In this document: positions 39,722 to 47,804 of the stretch, one piece after another | How the letters are laid out: each line of letters begins with the position of its first letter | Position numbering within the stretch: the first letter of the stretch is position 1 | From: a virus | Taxonomy: Duplodnaviria; Caudoviricetes | Virus record (IMG/VR): IMGVR_UViG_3300025018_000093 | Reading direction: 5' to 3' (one strand) | Length of the DNA: 64,000 nucleotides | Translations under genes and position numbers: made by a program | The notes under the pieces: generated by a model | The model's input: only the letters and a program-made list of their open reading frames with translations | The model's database searches: none | Told to the model about the DNA's origin: nothing

Positions 39722-40570
39722 CTAGACTGCCTGACTGAGGTCCACCTTCAATTCTCCCCCGTCCACCGTGATGGCGTACTTGTCTCCGGGTTGCAGGGGG
39801 AGGTTCGGGGGGGTGACCAGGACACGACCACGATACTTGGCTAGATCGTACTTTGCGGTGCCCGGCTTCGCGTCCAGAGAAATGACCAGGGTGTTGCCAT
39901 CGAAACGGACGTACACGGGATCACCCCCACGCATGACATGGTTCAATGCCAGGACGAAAGCCTCGAAGGCTCCCCTGGCCACGCACAGTCGACCGTCGAT
40001 GTGTACGGTGGCGTTCGGGATTGTCCCGGGGGCAGCCGATCCTGTGACTTGCACGGGGGTGCGGGTCTGACCACTCGGAGGGTGGACTCCACTGCTTTGG
40101 GCTGTCAGCGCAGCGGGGGTTCCTCCGTTGCTCGGGAGGCTTTGAACGGGATTGCTGTTGCTGGCGACGCCGGGGAGCGGGATGTCCACCTCGAAGGGGT
40201 GACCCTGGCAGGTCACGGGATCGGGTCCATACACGAAGACAATCTGCCCAGCCGGAGTACGTCCAATTCCTTGGGTGGTACAGGGGATCTGGCAGGGAGG
40301 AACGAGTCCTCCCATGCCATCATCATAGAGGTCCATGGCCCCTGCATAGAACATGTCTCGCACAAAGTCTCCGAGAGCGATCACGCTGAAGGCCAAGTCG
40401 GGTCGGTGTGTTCGAAGCTCTGCGGCCAGCTCCCCGGAACTGAATGGGAGATTGCTTTCGATCTTGTGTGCGATGAACGCGGACACGGCGGCGCGCCAGT
40501 TCTTGGTATCCGCCGCAGCTAGCACACTCTTTGGAAGTTTAACGCTTTTGCTAACAAGTGCAGTTGTCAT
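39722..40570 (-). CDS. Hypothetical protein with possible tandem AbrB/MraZ-like C-terminal domains
   Basis: ATVHIDGRLCV..GDPVYVRFDGNTLVI and RGRVLV..LQPGDKYAITVDGGELKV; SD AGAGGAG. Confidence 0.5.
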   Translation of the reverse strand: MTTALVSKSVKLPKSVLAAADTKNWRAAVSAFIAHKIESNLPFSSGELAAELRTHRPDLAFSVIALGDFVRDMFYAGAMDLYDDGMGGLVPPCQIPCTTQGIGRTPAGQIVFVYGPDPVTCQGHPFEVDIPLPGVASNSNPVQSLPSNGGTPAALTAQSSGVHPPSGQTRTPVQVTGSAAPGTIPNATVHIDGRLCVARGAFEAFVLALNHVMRGGDPVYVRFDGNTLVISLDAKPGTAKYDLAKYRGRVLVTPPNLPLQPGDKYAITVDGGELKVDLSQAV

Positions 40571-40649
40571 GAGTATCACTCCTCTTGGGGTTGACAGAGT
40601 ACAGCGTCCCGTCTCGTGGGACTGTGGGGCGAAGGCCCCTTTCGCTCTT

Positions 40650-41027
40650 CTATACACTTTCCTGGGGCGTTCTGTCCGTGCTGAGGCACATCTCACGTAG
40701 ATCGATTTGAACCGTTGTTCCCAGGGGGTACTTCTCCCGTGCGTTCTCCACCTGGAGGATTGTGGCCCCTTCGCTCACCTGTACTAGGTGCGCAAAGGCG
40801 CCCCCCACCTCCGTGATCACTGCCAGTGCCGAGTGTGCCGCCATGACATAATCAGGGCTAGCGTAGGGAATGACAGCGATGCAATGGGGCGCAACCAGGG
40901 TGTTTTTCCCTGGGTGCACTACGGGACCTGTTAGCTGCTCTAGAGCACCCCGCGACAAGATTGTGAAGTCGGTTTCGTACTCATGTTGCCACACAAGACT
41001 TCGTTCGCGATACCCCAATGCAGTCAA
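40650..41027 (-). CDS. Stand-alone PEP-utiliser mobile (phosphohistidine swivel) domain
   Basis: VIPYASPDY..ALAVITEVGGAFAHLVQVSE..ILQVENA....G..V.ID. Confidence 0.7.
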   Translation of the reverse strand: MTALGYRERSLVWQHEYETDFTILSRGALEQLTGPVVHPGKNTLVAPHCIAVIPYASPDYVMAAHSALAVITEVGGAFAHLVQVSEGATILQVENAREKYPLGTTVQIDLREMCLSTDRTPQESV

Positions 41028-41099
41028 GCTTGCAGCTCCGCCGCCACTTCACGGAGTGCCGCAGGCTTGCAGCTCCGCCGCCACTTCACGGAGTGCCGC
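41028..41099. repeat. Tandem duplication, 37-bp period (35 bp identical)
   Basis: GCTTGCAGCTCCGCCGCCACTTCACGGAGTGCCGC at 41028 and 41065. Confidence 0.9.
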
Positions 41100-41216
41100 T
41101 GGACCGCAGCTCTCACAGGTTTGGACCACGGAAGAGCTTTGGTACCCTGTTGGAGCGGTGAACTGGTAGGCTAGCGAAACTCGAAGCGGCTTTCCGCAAT
41201 GGCAGATGCCTTTCAT
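41049..41216 (-). CDS. Small Zn-ribbon protein
   Basis: SD AGGAGG; MKGICHCG...CESC. Confidence 0.55.
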   Translation of the reverse strand: MKGICHCGKPLRVSLAYQFTAPTGYQSSSVVQTCESCGPAALREVAAELQACGTP

Positions 41217-41338
41217 GCTGTCCCTCCTGGGGTTAGCGTCTGTAATCTGAGTGCTGGGTTGCAACTCAGTTCCTAGGCTCATACGCAACTTTCGGCAACC
41301 CTGTCCTGTGTCGCCTGGGTGCAGCGTCTGCAAGCGTA

Positions 41339-43009
41339 TCAGTCGGTACTGCCTTCAATGATGTAGCGAATGCGCTGATAGTCGGGGTTGAAGATGATGT
41401 GCTCATCGTTGACCAGAGTACGCATGAAGTCGGGGTAGGCAGCAATACTATCGCAGCCGTTAGGGGGTGTCTGCCAGGAACCCGTTTGCGTTGCGCGGTA
41501 TGCCTCTCCCATGATGATATCCTGGAGAAACATGAACCATCCTCGACCTTGTATGTGTCCGCCACCGCCATAGTATGCTCCCTGGTACGAGCAATAGCCC
41601 AAACTCTTGGCATAGTCGGTAGCTGCATAGACCCCTCCACCGAAGGCTGCACCCGAGATGTGAACACCTTTCAGCGACTTGGGGAGTCGTAGATTCGTGC
41701 TGATGATTGGCTGGACATTGACGCTTCGCGTGCCATGAATGCCCAGGAAGCAGTTGGCTTTCCCGTACAGGTCCGAGATGTCTCCAACATCTGGTCGCGA
41801 AGCTGGTTGCAGCCGAGCTTTCAATGTAGCACTACCTTGTCGCTTTGCGGCGACGCACTTGACGGCTTCAACGAACTTGGAATCTCTGTCAGGACGCTCG
41901 ACAGAGAACATGTTGAGGATTCGAGTCTGTCGTCCTCGGAGATGCCCATGCCGGTTGTTCGTCATGCTCAGGTAGGTCTTGGCCAGCCACTGCCCCAAGT
42001 CGGAGCGGGGCTCGATGTAGCGGATCTTGGCACCGAGTAACTGGTCCGGGTCCACCGTCTGGGGAGCGGCCTCTGCCTCGAAGTCCTCGTTGAGGAGTGC
42101 CGCCTCGAAAGCATCCAGATCCTGCTGTCGCTGAAGGATGTTCTCCGCGCTCAGGATAGTCATGCGCTCCCGTTCTGTCTGGGATGCCGTCCTGGGAATC
42201 ACCGTTGGGACCATCGCGGCGACCATTTTCGAGATGCCGATCAAGTCGGCGTCTGACACCTGCGCGTCGATGCTGTCCCCCACAACCTGGATCCTCTGGA
42301 GGGCCAGGGGAAGGAGGTCATCACGGACCTTGTTGATGGCGTCCATCGTGGGTACGACGCCAGTGGCCGCAGAAGCGGCTCTGGCATAGCTCACGGTGCC
42401 TCCCACGAGGGCCTGGGCCAAGGAGACCTCCGCCGAGTGGAAGCGCTCTGTGACGATGCTAGGTGCCTTCCTGGCAGTCTTCTGAGGCTGCACCGGAGAA
42501 GCTACGACTCCCGAGTCGTCTTTGATGGTGTAGGCGTCTGGAAGTCCACGCTCGCGCGTGGCCAATGACTGGACGATGTAACCGTCTTTGCTTTTCCCGT
42601 CCTTGTCCGTTTTACTCACCCAGATCGTGGTCCCACCCAAGTCCTTCCGTTCGAGGCGGGCGGTGTTCTTCGAGTTCATCTGCGTGGCGAAAAAGGATCG
42701 GGCCTCCGACTCCGAGGCACACTGGACGAATTGATAGTCTTGGCCGCTGAACGACCCGTTCCAGCTCTTCCCCGCCTTGATGCGTCCCCACTCCAGGTAG
42801 ACCCACCACTGCCCATCACCTGACTGGAGGACCCCAGCGTGGTAGTATTTCGCGTTGTTCGCGTCTCCAAACTGGTTCACGCACGCGGCGTCTGCGATCC
42901 CGACTTCCGTTCCAAAGTCTCCCTGGTCTCTGGCAGGGCGCCCTTTGTAGGTGAAGTCTACGACGTTGTAACCAGAGGGGACTTGCTTTCGATTCAACTT
43001 TGTAGGCAT
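41339..43009 (-). CDS. WGR-domain PARP-like poly/mono(ADP-ribose) polymerase
   Basis: NNAKYY...EWGRI (WGR), helical regulatory region, HGTR, AFGGGVYAA....KSLGY, NDEHIIFNPDYQRIRYII (H-Y-E triad). Confidence 0.88.
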   Translation of the reverse strand: MPTKLNRKQVPSGYNVVDFTYKGRPARDQGDFGTEVGIADAACVNQFGDANNAKYYHAGVLQSGDGQWWVYLEWGRIKAGKSWNGSFSGQDYQFVQCASESEARSFFATQMNSKNTARLERKDLGGTTIWVSKTDKDGKSKDGYIVQSLATRERGLPDAYTIKDDSGVVASPVQPQKTARKAPSIVTERFHSAEVSLAQALVGGTVSYARAASAATGVVPTMDAINKVRDDLLPLALQRIQVVGDSIDAQVSDADLIGISKMVAAMVPTVIPRTASQTERERMTILSAENILQRQQDLDAFEAALLNEDFEAEAAPQTVDPDQLLGAKIRYIEPRSDLGQWLAKTYLSMTNNRHGHLRGRQTRILNMFSVERPDRDSKFVEAVKCVAAKRQGSATLKARLQPASRPDVGDISDLYGKANCFLGIHGTRSVNVQPIISTNLRLPKSLKGVHISGAAFGGGVYAATDYAKSLGYCSYQGAYYGGGGHIQGRGWFMFLQDIIMGEAYRATQTGSWQTPPNGCDSIAAYPDFMRTLVNDEHIIFNPDYQRIRYIIEGSTD

Positions 43010-43091
43010 GGCTTGCTTGCGTTGCGTGATCCTCAGTGATCCGCAGCTCTCCAACACCTCTACGCAACGGCGAGCAAAACTGTCCTGCCGG

Positions 43092-43823
43092 TCACGTCAA
43101 TTTGGGGTTCACAAGAAGACGTGGGTCGAAGTCCTCATTCACCTTGAATTCGAGGTATCCAAAGGGATTGCACAGTACGAGCGTTTCCCCGAAGGTGTAT
43201 CGCATGCTCTCGTGCGTGTGCCCGTGCACCCAGACTGCGGCTTCCCCCTGGTACAAGAGGGGTTCCAGGTCGCAAACAAAGAACCGGGACAGGGGGTCGT
43301 TCTGGTAGTGTTTGTTGCTCCTGTGCGTCGGCAGGTGATGCGTCACCACGAAGTCACCCGGACGAAGATTGTCCCTCAGAAACTCTGTGGCGCGTTGATT
43401 CTCTTGGTAATTCCAGGTGCGAAACTGGGGGATCTGGTGAAAGTCATTGAGGGACTTTGCGTACACTTCGTTGAGGGGATGGTCTGCGAACCACAGCGGG
43501 GTCCCGATGAAACGCTGCCCCAAAATCTCCACCGTACTGTTGTGGAGCCAGTGTAGGTTGGGTAGCTCTGCGCAGAGTTTCTGCAGTCCCTGGTGGACCT
43601 GCAGGAGGGTGGCTCGGTAGTAGTCGTGGTTGCCTAGAACAAGCACCACATGGGGGTATTTCGCGCACAGAAAGCGAAGCGCTGTCTCGTGTTGCTTTGA
43701 CGTACCCACGTCACCGGCTAGAACCAACACGTCCACACCAGTTGCATCCAAGAGGCCTATGAACTGCTTGCCGCCATCTAGGTGAAACTCCAGGTGTATG
43801 TCAGACATGACTTGCACGATCAT
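43092..43823 (-). CDS. Calcineurin-like metallophosphoesterase
   Basis: SDIHLE, LAGDVG, GNHDYY, THH, HGHTH. Confidence 0.92.
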   Translation of the reverse strand: MIVQVMSDIHLEFHLDGGKQFIGLLDATGVDVLVLAGDVGTSKQHETALRFLCAKYPHVVLVLGNHDYYRATLLQVHQGLQKLCAELPNLHWLHNSTVEILGQRFIGTPLWFADHPLNEVYAKSLNDFHQIPQFRTWNYQENQRATEFLRDNLRPGDFVVTHHLPTHRSNKHYQNDPLSRFFVCDLEPLLYQGEAAVWVHGHTHESMRYTFGETLVLCNPFGYLEFKVNEDFDPRLLVNPKLT

Positions 43824-43825
43824 CG

Positions 43826-44035
43826 TCAGTTGTCCTTGCTTGTATCTCTGCTGTAAGTGAGATGGACATGCGCAATCAGGGTGTCGATGTCCGGGACCGT
43901 CATTCCCATGTCGATCCCCGTCTTGAATACCGTGGAAATTAGCCCAAGCATCACTTCTCGTTTCGACAGTCCATCCTCATGGACTTGGTTGATCACTTGC
44001 CAGAGCATGACCAGAAAAGGGTAGAGTCGATCCAT
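43826..44035 (-). CDS. Small hypothetical protein
   Basis: 69 aa, SD GGAGA, abuts the phosphoesterase. Confidence 0.55.
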   Translation of the reverse strand: MDRLYPFLVMLWQVINQVHEDGLSKREVMLGLISTVFKTGIDMGMTVPDIDTLIAHVHLTYSRDTSKDN

Positions 44036-44228
44036 GGTTGTTCTCCAGGGGCTAACAACGCAGGTGTTGTCCTCTCCCCAGTGCTTGTTGTCATTTCTCC
44101 CTAAAGGGCCAACTCTCCCAAGTATTTCCAGTCAAGGAGTAACCCTCCAGCATAGCTAACAGGAAGGGGCACTTGTTGCGTCAGGTGGTCCCAAAGCCGC
44201 ATCCGTTGCCATTGCCTTTCCTCGTTTT

Positions 44229-44666
44229 TTACGGTGTTCGGGGCCACGCTGAGCATTCTCTCGGCGGCAGTCCCATAGTTTCCCTGTAGAAGGTTGTGTA
44301 CGCCCTGCACGAAATATCTCCGCTGCTGTCGATCTCTTGCAGTATCAGGTTCCGGTACCCAAGCTGATACATGACATTCCGCAAGGGACCCCGCACCATT
44401 TGTGGGGTCTGACCTGGCCAATGCAAGAAGATCAGCTCTTCGCGGTCGGGGTAGTGGCGAAGGAAACCACGAATAAATGCAAACGTGTCTGCCTGTGGGT
44501 AGCTTCGCAGGGTGCTCTTGAAATGTTCCCAGGAATCCTTCCAGCACCCCCCGTGGCGGGACACGTAACGCGCCAAAGCAGACCATGCCTCCGAGTCTTC
44601 GCAGTCACTCAGGACCTGTGCTTGTAGGCGGGATTCTTCATATTGGGCTTCTTCGTAGGTTCTCAT
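44229..44666 (-). CDS. Hypothetical protein (3' end may be frameshifted)
   Basis: 145 aa ORF; an overlapping frame running to 44101 also looks protein-like. Confidence 0.45.
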   Translation of the reverse strand: MRTYEEAQYEESRLQAQVLSDCEDSEAWSALARYVSRHGGCWKDSWEHFKSTLRSYPQADTFAFIRGFLRHYPDREELIFLHWPGQTPQMVRGPLRNVMYQLGYRNLILQEIDSSGDISCRAYTTFYRETMGLPPRECSAWPRTP

Positions 44667-44717
44667 GGTGGGCTCCCCCTTCCGAGGAACCTACGCAGAG
44701 GCAGCCCGTTTTGTCCG

Positions 44718-44999
44718 CTATGGCCAGGAAACAATGATGCCGAAGTCCTGTGCCATTTCTCGATAGACCTCCGCTTGCCATCCTGCCGAGCGGTATCTTG
44801 CTGCCAAGACTTCCAGGATATCGTGGTTGAACCCCTCACGAACGAAGGAGAAGTCAAGTTCCCCACCCCGCTCCAGAAGCCCCAGGCGACCATTGATCAT
44901 GGTCGTGGCCTTATTCAACTGTTCGATGCTGACGAGTTCTTTTTCCAAGCGGCGAGCGTTCACCTCGTCTGGAGTGATGGCTTTTACGATGTTCGGCAT
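44718..44999 (-). CDS. Hypothetical protein
   Basis: 93 aa, SD GAGG. Confidence 0.55.
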   Translation of the reverse strand: MPNIVKAITPDEVNARRLEKELVSIEQLNKATTMINGRLGLLERGGELDFSFVREGFNHDILEVLAARYRSAGWQAEVYREMAQDFGIIVSWP

Positions 45000-45350
45000 G
45001 TCTTTTCCTCATCTGTAGGGACCCGCCTTTTCGGGCTGGTCTTATCGTACCACGGGAGAGGGTACTATGAACGCGGAACTGTGGGTAGCAACCCTGGGTC
45101 CGCGTGTGTTTGACGGCACCCTGTAGGATTTCAGGGTAGTGACGCAGAAGGAAAATGACAAGCAAGAGAAGCCCGAGGACGAGGTCTATTTGCATGACGT
45201 CCCCCCCTTTCAGAAGAAGCCCAGAACATGCAAGGAAAGATCATAGGGAATCAACCGGACAAGTTGGACCCCAAACTGCGTAATGCCGAAGAACTAGCAG
45301 CAGCGACATGAGACTACCTCACGCTGCTCTACCATCCAAGAGACCGAAGC

Positions 45351-45695
45351 ATGACTTCTCAAGTGATTTACGTTGCCGGACCCTTGACGTCGAGCGGGCT
45401 TGTCTGGCATAACGTCAGGAATGCGATGCTCGCAGCGGACGCCATCATGAAGAAGGGACATACCCCGCTCATCCCACACTTGAGCGCCATCTGGGCGATG
45501 AGCACGGAAGAGGCTGCTCACTTCCCCGAGCAAGTCTGGCTTGATTGGGGATTGCGTTTACTGGAGCGTTGCGATTCTCTTTACCGTATTGCTGGACTTT
45601 CCCGTGGAACTGAGGGAGAAGTGAAGCACGCCCAATCCCTCGAATTGACCATCTACTATAACTTGGATGACATCCCGGTAGTGAAACAGGTGTAG
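45351..45695 (+). CDS. DUF4406/DUF1937-like (nucleoside deoxyribosyltransferase-fold) protein
   Basis: IYVAGP...N...A......GHTPLIPH...LLERCD..Y...G.SRG...E...A. Confidence 0.7.
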   Translation: MTSQVIYVAGPLTSSGLVWHNVRNAMLAADAIMKKGHTPLIPHLSAIWAMSTEEAAHFPEQVWLDWGLRLLERCDSLYRIAGLSRGTEGEVKHAQSLELTIYYNLDDIPVVKQV

Positions 45696-45697
45696 GC

Positions 45698-46714
45698 ATG
45701 ACGACGGACTTACAGGACCATTTTGCAGGGTGCCTTCTGGGCTGTGCTATTGGGGATGCCGTGGGGGCTCCCGTAGAAGCACGCGACTTTGAACACTGCC
45801 AGAAGTACGTGCGTAACTATGTCCGACCTCAGCACCTGGAGCACATCCAGCGTCCGGCCATCCACGAGGAACCCGCGTATCGCTTTGGGCAGATCACAGA
45901 CGACACGCAGCTCACGGTGCTCCTGGCAATCACCATCATGAACACAGGAAGAGCAGACCCGGAGCACTTCGCAAAGCTCTTGGTTCGCGCTTTCGATAAC
46001 GGGATCGTCGTGGGATCTGGGAGAGCTACTCGACAAGCCGTGCAGGCACTCTCCCAGGGTGTGCCCTGGAGTGAAGCGGGGGCGCCTGCCCCAATGGCGG
46101 GGAACGGCACCGCAATGCGTGCCGCCCCCCTTGGGATGCTCCACTACCAGGACCCGGAGGCGTTGTCGCAAGCTGCCTACCAGACCAGCATAGTGACGCA
46201 TCAGGACCCGATCTGCACAGCCGGGACAATCGCCATTTCGCTGGCTGTCGCGATGGCGCTCCAGGGGCAGAATCCAGAAGAGGAACGATGGGCACACCAG
46301 ATGGATAACTGGGTGCGTCCCTACAGTCTGCGGATGGCGGATGAAATTCTGGATGTCTGGGAGAATCGAAAGCGAGATCCCGAGACGATGTCCGAACGTA
46401 TCTCCAAGCACAACATCGACACAGGGGGTCGTGTGTGGGACCGAATCAGCCCCTATGTACTCCCCTCTGTGCTCTGGTCCTTGTACTCTTACCTGCACAC
46501 TCCAGAGGACTTCTGGGAGACGATCTGCACAGCCATCTGCCCTGGCGGGGACGTGGATACCACGGGGGCTATGGCGGGAGCGATTTCAGGAGCACACAAC
46601 GGAACTCCGGGGATGCCCCCGAAGATTATCGCCGCTCTGCAGGACAGGGGGACTTTCTTAGCTCCCATCCTGCATACTTTGGCCTCTTCTATCTGGGACT
46701 TGATCCATGAGTGA
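45698..46714 (+). CDS. ADP-ribosylglycohydrolase (DraG/ARH family)
   Basis: GCAIGDAVG, ITDDTQ, GNGTAMR, THQD, GGDVDTTGAMAGAISGA. Confidence 0.95.
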   Translation: MTTDLQDHFAGCLLGCAIGDAVGAPVEARDFEHCQKYVRNYVRPQHLEHIQRPAIHEEPAYRFGQITDDTQLTVLLAITIMNTGRADPEHFAKLLVRAFDNGIVVGSGRATRQAVQALSQGVPWSEAGAPAPMAGNGTAMRAAPLGMLHYQDPEALSQAAYQTSIVTHQDPICTAGTIAISLAVAMALQGQNPEEERWAHQMDNWVRPYSLRMADEILDVWENRKRDPETMSERISKHNIDTGGRVWDRISPYVLPSVLWSLYSYLHTPEDFWETICTAICPGGDVDTTGAMAGAISGAHNGTPGMPPKIIAALQDRGTFLAPILHTLASSIWDLIHE

Positions 46715-46949
46715 CATTGAATCTGTGGAGTCCTCTTCGGTTCTACCACACCAGAAAATCCAGAGTGCGTTTGCCGAGGGGTGGAGTGCGGAGCTTTCCA
46801 CCGATGACATCGGGAAACTCCTCTTCAGATTGGGGATCTGCCTGGGAACCGTGATCGCGGAACTCACGAAGAGGGGTGTGCACTGGGAAGTCATTGACCG
46901 TAACATCAAGAAAGCGACTCTTCGAGGTGTGGATCAGAGCTGGGGGTGA
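46707..46949 (+). CDS. Hypothetical protein
   Basis: 80 aa, overlaps neighbours. Confidence 0.55.
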   Translation: MSDIESVESSSVLPHQKIQSAFAEGWSAELSTDDIGKLLFRLGICLGTVIAELTKRGVHWEVIDRNIKKATLRGVDQSWG

Positions 46950-47257
46950 CAATGGCTCCGCAATCCAAACTCCCCTTCCGGTGTTGGCATTGCTGGGCTC
47001 GGTTCTCCTGGCACGTCCCGCCTAGTGACCGCTACTGTCCTCGCTGTGATCGTGTGGGCCTGTTCCTAGACAAGGATCGGCTAAAGCGCAACAAGAGTTA
47101 CCGAAAGGACCTCCTGTGCCACTGTGATGGGTATTGGTTTCCGCACAGGAAGGGATCCCTGCAATGCCGGGAGGGAGCGAACTATGCGGGGATGCAGCAG
47201 GAACCGGAAGTCGTCAAGGACTATGTCGACCCAGAGGATGATGACTTACCCTTCTGA
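46946..47257 (+). CDS. Small Cys/His-rich Zn-finger protein
   Basis: CWHC..CPRC..CHC...H...C. Confidence 0.6.
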   Translation: MTMAPQSKLPFRCWHCWARFSWHVPPSDRYCPRCDRVGLFLDKDRLKRNKSYRKDLLCHCDGYWFPHRKGSLQCREGANYAGMQQEPEVVKDYVDPEDDDLPF

Positions 47258-47499
47258 GGCAGATCGGGTGCGAAAAGCAGGACAGTTTCGCTCAAAGCTG
47301 CGTAGAATAGTGGGATGGGTTCGAGTGCTCCAGTGGTGGAGCAAACCCTGGGGAGCGCTCGAACCCAACAGTTTCAGGGGGTTTGACACGCAAAAAGTTC
47401 GTTGGAGAGCGTGGAACTCCTCTGTGTCCTGCCCTGAAATGGGACCGCTCGAAAAGCAGTGCCCAAGTGGTCGTAACTCTTTGGAATCTGAATAGCACT
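47258..47499 (+). promoter_or_regulatory. Putative CRISPR leader
   Basis: 242-bp non-coding segment upstream of repeat 1, with TTGACA at 47382-47387 and inverted repeats. Confidence 0.5.
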
Positions 47500-47780
47500 C
47501 TTTCCCAGTCTTCTAAGACTGGGCACCGTTGAAACTCTCCTTCGGGTTGCGCACCCTCTGTATTGGTGCGGCTTTCCCAGTCTTCTAAGACTGGGCACCG
47601 TTGAAACGCGACTACCTGTCGGCCTTGGGCACACCCCTCGGGTGCTTTCCCAGTCTTCTAAGACTGGGCACCGTTGAAAGAAACAAACAAACAAACAAAC
47701 AAACAAACCGGCGATCTTGGCTCGGATGGCCTTGATACGCAGTCCTTTCCCAGTCTTCTAAGACTGGGCACCGTTGAAAC
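47500..47780 (+). CRISPR. Orphan mini CRISPR array: 4 repeats of 36 bp (CTTTCCCAGTCTTCTAAGACTGGGCACCGTTGAAAC), 3 spacers
   Basis: Repeats at 47500, 47572, 47645 (last base G) and 47745; 8-bp stem CCCAGTCT/AGACTGGG; 3' TTGAAAC; spacers of 36, 37 and 64 bp (36 + (AAAC)7); no cas gene in the window. Confidence 0.93.
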
Positions 47781-47804
47781 AAAGAAACAAAAGGGAGAAC
47801 AGAT

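Noticed and set aside
44101-44666. Programmed frameshift joining the two overlapping minus-strand frames
   Set aside because: Both frames look plausible, but there is no recognisable domain or slippery site to decide; left as an uncertain single ORF.
47317-47365. tRNA suggested by GGGTTCGAG
   Set aside because: No acceptor, D or anticodon arms can be built; the segment instead forms a long hairpin in the CRISPR leader. No tRNA gene was recognised in the window.
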